Shown here one piece after another: positions 39,337 to 52,803 of a stretch of DNA of 64,000 nt. Under the pieces are notes generated by a model. That model saw only the letters and a list, made by a program, of their open reading frames with translations. It was not told where the DNA came from and did not search any database. The translations under genes and the position numbers were made by a program. The stretch spans positions 15,624,001-15,688,000 of the forward strand of contig CM022665.1 in NCBI GenBank assembly GCA_012295275.1, read 5' to 3'. Each line of letters starts with the position of its first letter. The first letter of the stretch is position 1. The stretch comes from Chrysomallon squamiferum (lineage: Eukaryota > Animalia > Mollusca).

Positions 39337-40272
39337 TCACTCACTCACTCACACATATCAAGAAATCTATATTTTCAGATTTATAACCAATAATGAACAG
39401 AGCAATATGACATCAACACATTAAAATTAACTAAACTGTCTGTTTCTGTTTTTAAATAACCAAACACCACCATACCTGGATTACCTGGGTGCACAATATT
39501 AAATTAATAAAGGACAGGTAAATATCTGAATGATTAATCACAGTGAAAATAACACATCTGTCACCTTTCAGTATCACACTGTTCAGTTTATAATTCTAAT
39601 AATTCCATCAACAACAGAGCAATTCATCACCTACACACATGACTCAGTCACTTTGCATCATTGACTGAATCAGAATTTCTTCATTCTATGATGAGTCATC
39701 AACCCTGCAATGTCTAGGGATGTGGCAGATATGGCACATGTTCTGGGTAACACATAAAAGAAGGGGAGGGGTGAGGAAAAACACCACTTACCATATTAGA
39801 TTATGGTAAAGTTATGTAGAAAGTGGGTTTGGAAAGGTTTGGAAAGGGATGCAATTTCATTTCCTGCCATTATGTGCCATTTTCTGTAGATATGTTATCA
39901 GATTGATTCCTGTAAAACCAAGGCTCATTGTACATCCATAAATTATTTTGTACACCTGTACTTGTGTACTTTGAAAACTAGATGAAAAAAAGGATCATCT
40001 ATCTTTAGGCTTGATGACAGATAACATCAGCCTGATTACACTATCATTGTACAGACTATCTGGATAATTCTACCTCCAGCATGTCTGATAATTAGACTTT
40101 AGTAGCATCATGGTTACACCAGTGTTATCATGCTAAACTTCATTTTGTCAACAATTTGTTAAAATAATAATGTAAGTTTTCAAAGCCTTACTTTAAATCT
40201 CTTGTGTTATTTTACAAAAGAAAACCTTCTGTATTTGCTTTTTTAGAAAGTTTGTATTCTGCTAACATGCAT

Positions 40273-42726
40273 CCATTACAACAGATCACTGTACCATTAT
40301 AACAGCCCACTGTACCATTACAACAAACAGACCACTGTACCATTATAATAGACCACTGTACCATTACAACAAACTGCTGTACCATTATAACAGACCACTG
40401 TACCATTATAACAGACCACTGTACCATTATAACAGACCACTGTACCATTATAACAGACCACTGCACCATTACAACAGACCACTGGACCATTACAACAGAC
40501 CACTGTACCATCATCACAGACTACTGTACCATTATAACAGATCACTGTATCATTACAACAGACTGCAGTACCATTACAACAGACCACTGTATCATTATAA
40601 CAGACCACTGCACCATTGTACCATTAACAGACCACAACAGACCACTGTACCATTACAACAGACCACTGCACCATTACAACAGACCACTGTACCATTATAA
40701 CAGACCACTGCACCTGACAGACCACCATTACAACAGACCCATTACAACAGACCACTGCACCATAACAGACCACTGTACCATTATAACAGACCACTGTACC
40801 ATTATAACAGACCACTGTACCATTATAACAGACCGCTGTACCATTACAACAGACTGCTGTACCATTACAACAGACTGCTGTACCATTATAACAGACCACT
40901 GTACCATTACAACAGACCACTGTACCATTACAACAGACCACTGTACCATTACAACAGACCACTGTACCATTATAACAGACCACTGCACCATTACAAGAGA
41001 CCACTGCACCATTCTGACAGACCACTGCACCATTATAACAGACCACTGCACCATTATAACAGACCACTGTACCATTATAACAGACTGCTGTACCATTATA
41101 ACAGACTGCTGTACCATTATAACAGACCACTGTACCATTATAACAGACCACTGCACCATTATAACAGACCACTGTACCATTACAACAGACCACTGTACCA
41201 TTACAACAGACCACTGCACCATTCTGACAGACCACTGCACCATTATAACAGACCACTGTACCATTACAACAGACCACTGCACCATTATAACAGACCGCTG
41301 CACCATTATAACAGACCACTGTACCATTATAACAGACCACTGGACCATTACAACAGACCACTGTACCATCATCACAGACTACTGTATCATTATAACAGAT
41401 CACTGTATCATTACAACAGACTGCAGTACCATTACAACAGACCACTGTACCATTATAACAGACCACTGTACCATTATAACAGACCACTGTACCATTATAA
41501 CAGACCACTGTACCATTATAACAGACCACTGCACCATTACAACAGACCACTGCACCATTACAACAGACCACAACACCATTACCATTACAACAGACCACTG
41601 CACCATTACAACAACAGACCACTGACCACTGCACCATTACAACAGACCACTGTACCATTACAACAGACCACTGCACCATTACAACAGACCACTGCACCAT
41701 TACAACAGACCACTGTACCATTACAACAGACCACTGCACCATTACAACAGACCACTGCACCATTATGACAACAGACCACTGTACCATTACAACAGACCAC
41801 TGCACCATTATAACAGACTGCTGTACCATTATAACAGACCACTGCACCATTACAACAGACCACTGCACCATTATAACAGACCACTGTACCATTATAACAG
41901 ACCACTGCACCATTATAACAGACTGCTGTACCATTATAACAGACCACTGCACCATTATAACAGACCACTGTACCATTACAACAGACCACTGTAACAGACA
42001 TTACCAACAGACCACTGCACCATTATGACAGACCGCTGCACCACAGACCACTGCACCATTACAATTTTACGACAGACCGCTGCACCCACAGACCGCTGCA
42101 CCATTGACAGACCATTACAACAGACCACTGCACCATTATAACAGACCACTGCACCATTACAACAGACCACTGCACCATTACAACAGACCACTGGATCATT
42201 ACAACAGACCGCTGTATCATTACAACAGACCACTGCACCATTATAACAGACCACTGCACCATTATAACAGACCACTGCACCATTATAACAGACCACTGCA
42301 CCATTACAACAGACCACTGCACCATTACAACAGACCACTGCACCATTACAACAGACCACTGCACCATTATAACAGACCACTGCACCATTACAACAGACCA
42401 CTGCACCATTACAACAGACCACTGCACCATTATAACAGACTGCTGTACCATTATAACAGACTGCTGTACCATTATAACAGACCACTGCACCATTATAACA
42501 GACCACTGCACCATTATAACAGACCACTGTACCATTACAACAGACTGCTGTACCATTATAATAGACCACTGTACCATTATAACAGACCACTGTATCATTA
42601 CAACAGACCACTGCACCATTATAACAGACCACTGTACCATTATAACAGACCACTGTATCATTACAACAGACCACTGCACCATTATAACAGACCACTGTAC
42701 CATTATGACAGCCCACTATGTCATTA
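40273..42726. repeat. 21-bp minisatellite array of roughly 115 units in VPS13 intron 4
   Basis: Consensus ACAGACCACTG(T/C)ACCATTA(T/C)A, head-to-tail with no spacers. It explains all the long repetitive ORFs at 40212-42727. Confidence 0.97.
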
Positions 42727-43177
42727 GAATAAGATCATTGTATCAAAACCATTATAATGCATGAAACTTGAATATAGTACTTGATACCACAGTCTAGACT
42801 ACTCCATTATCAAGATGGCTTCATTTCATCAAGCCATCACTAATTTTCACTGCTCATATAGGCCTTAAAAAGAATTAGTAATGGATTTTGGCATCAAATT
42901 GACTGTCTCTTCAGAAATAGCTAATAACTGAGTTACATAGTTGCCAGTACAGCCATACCAGAAAAGATAAAAAGAAAAATGAATGGGAAGAAGAATCAAA
43001 TAAAGAATAATAAGAAATGAATAGAAATTTATTGTCATAAAAATGGGAATATTCCATATATGTATCTTGCATATAATGACAAGAAATCTGTCTGTGTCTG
43101 TCTGTCTATCTATTTATCTTTCTGTCATCTGTTTCATAGTTAAATAAAAACAGAACCTTCCAAAACTACCACACTAT

Positions 43178-43220
<43 letters not shown>

Positions 43221-43285
43221 CATACACAGTCACACACACACACACAGATATATATATATATATATATATAATTATTAGAATAAAA

Positions 43286-43324
<39 letters not shown>

Positions 43325-44590
43325 CAATCAAGGAATAAAGATAAGCAACAAATATCTGAAACATACATATATACCTATTTTGCAAGAATACGTAAACAAA
43401 CAACATCACAAATAATTTTCTGTAAAGTAAAGCAAAATCAATTTTCTGAGAGCTTCAGATTTCAGATTGTTGTATAAAGAATCGTTCACCTGTAGTACAG
43501 ATTCTCTTTCTTTTTAAACAGAGCTTGATGAAAGTGTCACAATTAATTATGTAGATGTTCAGTGGAGCACATCGAAGCTGATTGATTTTTTAAAACTTGT
43601 TTATGCACAGCACATTAACTTCAGTCACTGACTGTAATAAGTTAAAAACAGATTTTTTGTTGATTAGTGTCTGTATATAATTATTCTGTCATGCTATTTA
43701 TTGTTTATCATTGTTTTGATATTATTTCCTTTTTATTTATTTATTTTATTTTATTTTAAGTTAATTATTTTTATTTTATTTTAAGTTAATTATTTTTATT
43801 TATTTTATTTTACTTTATTTTAAGTTAATTATTTTTATTTTTTATTTGTTCTGTTTTGTTAACTGATTAATTAATAATATTTTATTTTATTTTATTTATT
43901 TATTTATTTTCTGTTTGAAAAAAAATAAAATAAAATAAAATAAAATCTGAATGAACAGTCTATAAAAAGACAGTTTTACATATTTGTTATTAATTGTTTG
44001 TTAGATATCAAATATGTGGTTTTGGTATACTGTCATTCTGCCAATTAGCAGGAATTGGTTGTTTATATGAACCTTTCCATAAACAGTTTGATAAATCATT
44101 TAGAGATCCTATTCTCCTTTTCCTTTCTTTCCCCTTCTTTTCTCATCCTGATTGTCCCATCATCTCTTTTCATTTCATTTTTAAAAAACAATTACTTCCT
44201 TTCTGTCTTCTAACTTCCCTTTTATCTTGCTTTAAACCCCCCCTTAAAAAACAAAAAACAACAACACTTTTTCCATTTCCATTCAGAGTTCTCCAGTAGT
44301 TTTTCCATCAGCTTTGACATCACCATTTGTATTTGTCTCTGTTTCTGTATACAGCAATTTTGTAAAAACTGTTTTGAAGCTGCATTGATGTTTGAATTAA
44401 ATACAGCTTTGTAACACACAGAAGGACAGACTGAATAATTGTTTTACAAATGTCACAAGGATTGGCAGTTAAAAATAACCTATGTTTTGTTACACAGTTG
44501 ACATTGTTGCCAGAGAAATTAATAATCTTATAGTGTATGAAAAGAGTGGATCTTCTATTGTTTTCTCATTATATTATTGCTGTTAGGTTG

Positions 44591-44621
<31 letters not shown>

Positions 44622-45254
44622 ATTTAAAAAAAATAAAAAAATAAAAATTATTTTATTTTATTTTATTTTATTTTATTATTATTACTTCTTTTTTTTTTCC
44701 CTTTTTTTCGTTTTTTTTTTATTAATAAATTTATAAAAATACCACAATGGAAAAAAATCATTGCTATGTCTCACATTATTATTATTGTTGTATGTTTTTT
44801 CCTTTAGTTTTTCTTTTTATTTATTTATTTTTTTTCATTGATTAATTTTGTATAATGTTCCAAATAAGTTACAGAAATAAAATACAGCTGAGATTCAGGA
44901 GTGAACAAAATTATAATTTTTATTATTATTTTTATTTATTTATATATATTTTTTTTATTTCAGTTATTTCAAATAAGACAAGGAAAACCAAAATTCTGAG
45001 TAAAAATGAGACTTGGTCATCTCAGATATTCATAATAAAGACTAATAATAGCAATAGTACTAGTAATAATGTTAATACACAGCAATAATATTAGTAACAG
45101 CAACAGCACTAAGAAAAACAACAACAACAATAACAGCTTAGCAATAATCATAATCAATTTCCATATTAATCAAAGATTACACATCTAAAAGTTAATAATG
45201 ATGAATATGACAATGTTAATTATTATGTTTTTTTTTTGTTTTTTTTAAATTCAG

Positions 45255-45322
45255 TTGAAAGTACGGAAGAAGAACCTGGATTGTATGAAAAACTTATGAC
45301 AGATTTTGTGAAAAGACTGCAG
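45255..45322 (+). CDS. VPS13: VPS13A/C-like coding exon 5
   Basis: (V)ESTEEEPGLYEKLMTDFVKRLQ; follows a 19,970-bp intron with matching phase 1; gtaatc donor. Confidence 0.9.
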
Positions 45323-45964
45323 GTAATCTACTTAATAGTAATGATGATAATAATAATAATGATGATGATGATGATACATGTGATATTAATACACGTATTA
45401 TTATTTTGCAAACAATTACAAGTAACATAATCATCACAGACATTTTATCTGTCAAAATAATTATGTGATTATAATAGTCATTAGAGATTTTAGATAAAAT
45501 GAATTAATATTCACCAGCTGTTTAATTTAAACAAAATCACACCTGCATATAACAACATACATATTTGTTAGTTTCTTATTGATCTTTTTATGCACATAGC
45601 ATACATATTTAGATACATATTGTGTGTATGGGATTTTTTTTAATAGTGAGTGTGGAAAAACAGTTTCCTAGATTTATTTTGAACAAAGTGCATGAAAACT
45701 GACAATTTCTTTTTATTAATATTATTATCATTAATTATTTATTGTTAACATCATAATTATTATAATTATTATAATCATTATTATTAATTATTATTGGTTT
45801 CATAATCATTATTATTATCATCATTATTAATATTATTATTATCATTGTTATAACTACCACTATTATTATTGTTTCTGTCATCAACATCATCACTATTTAT
45901 CATCATCATCATCATCATCATCATCATTTTTTTTTATTATCTACATTTGTCTTTTTTTTTTTAG

Positions 45965-46126
45965 CTTTCTATTCGGAATATCCACATCCGATATGAAGAC
46001 ACGATCACCAACGCCGACCACCCATTTTCATGTGGCATCATGCTGAAACAAATCTCTATCCACTCAACTGATTCAAGATGGAACCCACTGAAAGGAGAAT
46101 CTTCCCCATCAAACTTCTTACACAAG
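45965..46126 (+). CDS. VPS13: VPS13A/C-like coding exon 6
   Basis: LSIRNIHIRYEDTITNADHPFSCGIMLKQISIHSTDSRWNPLKGESSPSNFLHK, containing the hallmark IHIRYED. Confidence 0.95.
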
Positions 46127-46269
46127 GTAAAAACCACCAAAACCTGATTCAGTATTATTTTAATTAAATTTTTTTTTTTTTTAATTTTTTCAGTATATAA
46201 ATCTTTGGCTAAACTTTTATCCCAGTTATTTTGTTAGGTTTTTAAAGAAACTGTTTTTACTTTGTCATG

Positions 46270-46334
<65 letters not shown>

Positions 46335-46739
46335 TATTTATTTTTTTTTTTTTTTTTTTTTTTTACATTTCTGTGGTTGAAATAACAACAAAAAATATGG
46401 GAATATATATCTCTCTGCATCTTTTAGGTCTTGATTTATTATATTGTCATACTTTATTGTCAGCAAAAGTTGGTGTCCAGTAGTAAATACAACATAAAAA
46501 AAATAAACAACATGTATTTAATTTTTGTTTGTTTGTATTGCAGTTACTTATAATTTTTAAATTTAATTACAAATGCTAATTCAGCACAGACATATATCTA
46601 AGATGTTATTTAATTTATTTTGTTTGTATCACTGCAAAATAAATAATTAAAATACAATTACTAACATAACCTGGAAATATATAAGATGTTATTTAAGTTG
46701 TTTTGTTCTGTCACTTCAATGTATATATTTTAATTACAG

Positions 46740-46832
46740 CTATTAAGACTAGAGAATCTTGCTGTGTACTGGAATCCATACATACCAGAGCAGCATCTTC
46801 TGAAAACCAGACTGAACACAGATGGATGGAGG
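46740..46832 (+). CDS. VPS13: VPS13A/C-like coding exon 7
   Basis: LLRLENLAVYWNPYIPEQHLLKTRLNTDGWR. Confidence 0.92.
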
Positions 46833-47283
46833 GTACTTGTCAATTTTCAGTTTATATTTTAATTAATATCTTTGAAGAAGTAATTATATTACTGTGAAGA
46901 TTCAGCATTCAAACATTTATGATTATCAAAGTGACGATTTTGTTTATTTCTGGTCTGATTTTTCTTCTTCTGCTATATTTTTTTTTTCCCCCCCCCCAAT
47001 GATAGATCATGTCTTAAAATTTTGTTATTAAATTATATCATGACAGTGTGAATGTATATATGTAATATAAATCTGTTTTGAATAATTGTTTTGTATTTTC
47101 TTCTCAGCAGTAATCAACAGGTCTTGGATCAAACGAACAATGTTGTTGAAATATAATTTTCATACTATTTTTTTAAATTGTTTTAAGTGTAAATGTTTAT
47201 TTTTTTCATATTTTTTTATGTTTTTATTGTCTACAAATTATTATTTCTGACATTGAAATACTTTTTATTTTTTATTTTTACAG

Positions 47284-47341
47284 AATCTTTTAAGGATGTC
47301 TATAGATTCTCACAATATACTACAAGAAGAATTTGATTTCA
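47284..47341 (+). CDS. VPS13: VPS13A/C-like coding exon 8
   Basis: NLLRMSIDSHNILQEEFDF(I); tttacag acceptor, gtaagt donor. Confidence 0.88.
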
Positions 47342-47991
47342 GTAAGTAAAAAATTTTAATAAAAATTATAGCAGCTTTACATACTGATTTTATTAATTAA
47401 TTATATTATTTACTGCCATTAATGATGATAATAATAATAATAATAATAATAATGATTAAATAATGATAATAAATAAAAATAAAAAAATAAAATAAAATAA
47501 AGTAATATATCAAAAAAAGAGAAAAAGGTTAAATAAAAAATAAATAATGAGAATTTGAAAAATAAAAACAAATAAATTTATTTGGTTTCAGTTTTTATTT
47601 TTAAATTAATCAGTTCCACAATATATATTTTTTAATTTATTTATTATTTTTTTTTTTTATAAACCACTATTATACTTAGAAAATTGTTTGTAAAAGTTTA
47701 GTATTTGTAATTACATGTTAAACTCATTGTTTTCCAGGTTACTGCTTCTAAAATTAAATACTTTTAGATTTTTCATTGACTAATTCAGTGAAAGATTTCA
47801 TTTTAATAACCAATCAATTAATTAATTTTTAAATTTAATTTATTTTAATTTAATTTTCTTTATTTTTTCTTTATTTCTTTATTCTTTCTGTACTTGTTTG
47901 TTTGTTTGTTTATTGTATATTTAATTTATTTTCTGTGTCTTTTATCTTTTCAGTAACAAATAAGTAAATATTTTATTTATTTTAATTTTAG

Positions 47992-48110
47992 TTATAGAGC
48001 CAGTGACAGCCCAAGCGAGAGTAATAATCAGTACAGAAAATAACAGCCTTCCCAAGATGTTTGCTGACTTCACACTGGATGAGATTGAAGTGCTACTTTC
48101 CAGACAGCAG
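47992..48110 (+). CDS. VPS13: VPS13A/C-like coding exon 9
   Basis: IEPVTAQARVIISTENNSLPKMFADFTLDEIEVLLSRQQ. Confidence 0.9.
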
Positions 48111-48430
48111 GTTTATTATAATTGTTTACAAATTAATGTTTATTTTTATATAAAATAAATCAATAAATCAACAACAACAAAAAAAGAATCTCAAACATAT
48201 ATAAAAAAAAAGAAATTAAAAAACTTGCATAGCAATAAATGTTCTTTATAAATATATGTTAATACAGTATATTTATTTTTTTTTTTTGTAGAGAAAAACA
48301 TAAAATAATGAAAAGGGATGTTAAAAAAAACAGTTTTATAAAATAAACATACAAAAAAAAAAAGAAGAAAAAAGTCACCTTCATGATCAAAACAAATTTT
48401 TAATTATTATAAATATTATTTTTATTTCAG

Positions 48431-48612
48431 TTCCTGAATCTCTTGGCTCTCAAGGAATCATTTCAGATGATGCGAGTGAACCAGCGATACAGAAAATATC
48501 ATCCCAATGTTCCTCTCAAGGTCAGCCCAAAGTCATGGTGGCTATATGCATACACTGCCATCTTGGAAGAAGTTATTCGTCCTTACTCATGGGAAAGGAT
48601 CAAAGAACACAG
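48431..48612 (+). CDS. VPS13: VPS13A/C-like coding exon 10
   Basis: FLNLLALKESFQMMRVNQRYRKYHPNVPLKVSPKSWWLYAYTAILEEVIRPYSWERIKEHR. Confidence 0.95.
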
Positions 48613-49078
48613 GTATATTAAAATAAATAAATAAATAAATAATATAAAAATAAAATAAATAATTAATATTTATACATTTATTTATTTATTTGTAGGTGGT
48701 ACAATTCAGTAATTATAATAACATTTTTCAGTATTACTTGTTAACTTCAGAATCAGTATTGAAAGGTATTTAGAATAACTTGTTCTCATAATAGTGATAT
48801 AAATAAAATAGTCTAGTTATATATCTGGCAGTATAAATGTATGTACAAGAAAATGTATTTTTTTCAAATGAACCTTTGCTAATAATAAAATATGATTATA
48901 AGATAATATGCCAATGACATTTTTTCTTTTTCTTCATTATATAGATATGATATTAGATTTAATAACAAATTTCGGATAAATAATGACCAGTTTATTTTCT
49001 TGCTTACACATATACACATTATATATAATACCCATGGAAAATAATTATGTGTATTTTTATGTTGTTTTTATTTGTTAG

Positions 49079-49223
49079 AATTAAATACAAAAAATACAAA
49101 GATCTGTACAAGAAAAGTTTGGCGAACCCAGAAAATGAATCAATTCACACAAGTCTTTGGGAGCTAGAAGAAAGCCTGGATGTTGCCAATATTCTGGTTG
49201 CTAGGGAACATGCCAAAGTTGAG
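49079..49223 (+). CDS. VPS13: VPS13A/C-like coding exon 11
   Basis: IKYKKYKDLYKKSLANPENESIHTSLWELEESLDVANILVAREHAKVE. Confidence 0.93.
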
Positions 49224-49909
49224 GTAATACTTGCAGATAAAATTCAGAATAAATTAAAATTTTAATCTTGAAACAAAAGATTCAGATTTATGCTTATTTA
49301 TAAATATTTATTATATTGAAACAAAACTGAGTATTAATAGTGGATAATAAATTAATTTTGAATATTACATCTAAGAAAATTTCTAGCTGAATATATTAAT
49401 TTAAAATATTTGGTTCATTTGTATAGGTATAAATTTGAATAATACAACTAAATAAAATGTTCACATTAATACTTGGAAATTAAATTACTTTAAAACTGTA
49501 TATCTAAATAATGTTTCCATGTTAACTTCTAGAAAGAACAATTTAATAAATATGAAAATAACTTATAATATTCTATTAACAATAAAAAAAACAAAAAAAC
49601 AAACATATTGAGTGAGACCATTACAATAATAATCAGGCAGTGTGTCATTACTTTTTCTTTTCATATTTGCAGTATTATAATAATTTATATTTACACAATA
49701 GTCTTTTTAAAATAATGATTAACTTATCACTCACATCTGTCATAATTACTAAAGATTTATATTTTATTTATATTTCTGATACTGTTCATCTAATTACCTG
49801 ATGCATTTTATATGTATGTTGCTGCAGCCTTGCAAAACAAAACCATACAAACAAAAGGAAAAATGGCTGTCATGTTACCAGTTCACTTTATATAATTTTC
49901 TCTGTTTAG

Positions 49910-50039
49910 TTTCTGCACGAGGCTCCAGAAAGAGCTAAAAGGATTAAGAAGAAGAAGAAAACTGGATGGTTTGGTTCCTGGTTTGGATCCAGTGCGTCTG
50001 ATGAAGAACTGGAAGTGGAGATCGAAAAACCAGACAAAC
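49910..50039 (+). CDS. VPS13: VPS13A/C-like coding exon 12
   Basis: FLHEAPERAKRIKKKKKTGWFGSWFGSSASDEELEVEIEKPDK, with the GWFxxW amphipathic motif. Confidence 0.93.
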
Positions 50040-50457
50040 GTATGCATTTAACTAATTTCATGTATTGGTATAAAATTATTAGTTTTACTAATTTCTGTTT
50101 AAAAGGAGTATGAAAAGCAGAAATAAAAAAAATGAGTCTAAAAATTTATAGTAGTTATATAACTGCAAGTGTTATTTTATTATTGACAGCAATCTTTGGT
50201 AATAATAAAGGATAACAGTTATATAACAGACTGGTGATCTCGAAAGTATGGAGGCTGCCATTTTTCCTTAGTTTATAATGGAATTTGTTTATTTGATTTG
50301 AAACACTATTTAGAAAGATTTATATATACATATACACATACATGCTATATTTTAATATATTATATTTTTATTATTACATTATATTTTACTATTACATTAT
50401 TATATCATATTATTTAATTAATTAATAAATTAATTATAATTATTATTATTACAACAG

Positions 50458-50555
50458 AAAACTGGCTTGCTGGTTTGAGTAATGAAGAAAAAGAAAAGCT
50501 GTATCAAGGTATTGGATATGATGAGAATGCAAATGCAACTGCAATGTCACCTGAG
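50458..50555 (+). CDS. VPS13: VPS13A/C-like coding exon 13
   Basis: (Q)NWLAGLSNEEKEKLYQGIGYDENANATAMSPE. Confidence 0.92.
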
Positions 50556-50736
50556 GTAATTCCTTTAAAGAAAATATAATTACCAGATTTTATTGTTTCA
50601 CACCTGCTAATAAGATACATATTATTTCTTCTGATAATAGCAAAATTTGCATTAAAAATATTTCATTTACTGCAATAACAAAGAACGTGCTATTTCTTGC
50701 GTTAAAATATGTTATTTACTGTGTTTTATTTTTCAG

Positions 50737-50873
50737 TATGTCAAGCACAAAGTCCAGATAATACTGAAGAGCTGTTGTTTGTCACTGGTCAATTACAGTA
50801 AGAAGATTTTACAGGTGTCGGTCACTCACATGCTGGCTACCTGGGAGGACAGACCAGCCACAGGTGCCTTCAG
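50737..50873 (+). CDS. VPS13: VPS13A/C-like coding exon 14
   Basis: YVKHKVQIILKSCCLSLVNYSKKILQVSVTHMLATWEDRPATGAFR. Confidence 0.92.
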
Positions 50874-51312
50874 GTGAGACAATAAATAAAATTAAATAAA
50901 TCATATATAAAATTAAATTAAAATATACGATTATAGGTACTTTTGTAAGTATATACTGTTATTCTTTCTTCCTCATTGTTCTCTCTTTTTTCTGTCATTC
51001 TTCCACTTTCTGTCTCTCACTTTCTTTTTCACTTTTTCTCACTTAAGTCTTTTCTTTTTTTTTTCATCCTTATATTCTTTTCTGCCATAATTTCTTTCTT
51101 TCTTTCATTGGCTGTACTTCACTCATCTTTTTTATTCTTCTCTTTAACCTTCTATCTCTGCTTGGTCCATTCAATTTGTAGAAAGTTTTATATATATATA
51201 TATATATATAAAACATTGTGATTATGACATTCTGTTTGCAAATTTTGTGAAATGTATTACAATGTAGTACTGAAAACCCAAGAAAAAATTATCATTTCTT
51301 TCTATAATTCAG

Positions 51313-51404
51313 AATATCTTCCAATACTGAAAGTTTTTCAATTGAAGGAGCCTCCATAGAGCATGAATTAATTCCTATCTTGACATCAGATATAGGAGTG
51401 TATG
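51313..51404 (+). CDS. VPS13: VPS13A/C-like coding exon 15
   Basis: ISSNTESFSIEGASIEHELIPILTSDIGVY; gtaaga donor, phase 1. Confidence 0.9.
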
Positions 51405-51528
51405 GTAAGATCATAATAGAAAATTATAGTGTTTTATTTCATTCGTTCATTCAAATGTTCCTCTTGGTTTTTTTGTTTTTTGTTTTTTTTGTTTTGTTGG
51501 GTTTTTTTTCTAATATTTATGTTCATAA

Positions 51529-51560
<32 letters not shown>

Positions 51561-52745
51561 TTCGATTAAAAGTGTTCAAATAAATACATATATAAGTAGA
51601 TTAAATTATGTAAATGTGATAGATTTCAAAATTTATAATTATATCATATAATAATCAAAATTAGTGCATGAAAATATAAAGTTGACTTCTTTTTCTTTAT
51701 TTTGTTATTTTTTATTTTAGAAGCTTTAAAAATATTACATATTATCAAAACCTTTAATACAAAGTTTTGAATAAAAAAATAAATCAAAATAATTGTAATT
51801 AGAAAATCTCTAAAAATAATTTATAATAAATATTAAGATTAAAATTAAAATAAAATGTAAAAAGTTAACATTATTTTCAAACCATTGTCTTAATAATTTA
51901 GGTTTGAGGGTGTTAAAAAAACAAACAAACAAAACAGTCACCCCCAAATCACCATCCTAAAAACCAGTATCTTTAAATCAGTGTGAAATTTACTGATACA
52001 AACAAATAACAGAAATACATTACTTGCAGATAATTATCTGAATATTTTTTAAACACCAGTCTTTGATATTAATAAAGTTAACAGTGAAATAATAAGCTCA
52101 GTGAAATCCAAGGAGATTGCCATTTTCCCTTTATTCAAACAAAACAAAAAAGTATATTTTCATTAATAAAAAGTAAAATTGTTACGAACTTTGTTATTAA
52201 TGAAAACTGATCACCAGTAAAAAACATGTACAGATTACACATTGATGTGGAAGCATACAAAATTTATTAAGGATATTTATTCATAAAACTGTTGATACAC
52301 TTCCAAATGATATTTTGATATAATAGAAAGTATACAAAAATTAATAAAAAATTACACAACTATTGGTAGTCTGAATAATCTTTAAATATATTTATGATTT
52401 TTATTTCTGACTTTATGTACCAAGATGTATTCATTGATTATTCCTCAGTATAATTAATAGTGTGTGTATTTTAAACCATTCATTTATCCAAACATTGTGT
52501 TGTTTTTTATTTCAGAAATGGGTGTTTTGTGTAAGCTGCTTGTCAATTTTTTGTTTTTTTGTTTTCCACTATGAAACCAAGTGCACAAAATTTAGCAAAT
52601 ATTCATGTTCAGATTTATGATTTTTAAGACTAATTGTAGCAATACTTATTAGATTATTTTATGTTACTTAATTTTAGAAACTTTTTATGTTTTTTTATAT
52701 AAGAAATGAATAACAAGTGAAAGTATTAAATTCCAGTCAGATTTT

Positions 52746-52803
<58 letters not shown>

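Noticed and set aside
40273-42726. CRISPR-like array or 450-aa protein gene
   Set aside because: Head-to-tail units with no unique spacers, in a eukaryotic intron; the ORFs switch frame at indels and arise from a stop-free 21-bp unit.
47954-47963. Alternative acceptor ttttcag upstream of exon 9
   Set aside because: Using it introduces an in-frame stop or a frameshift; the downstream AG at 47991 fits the homology.
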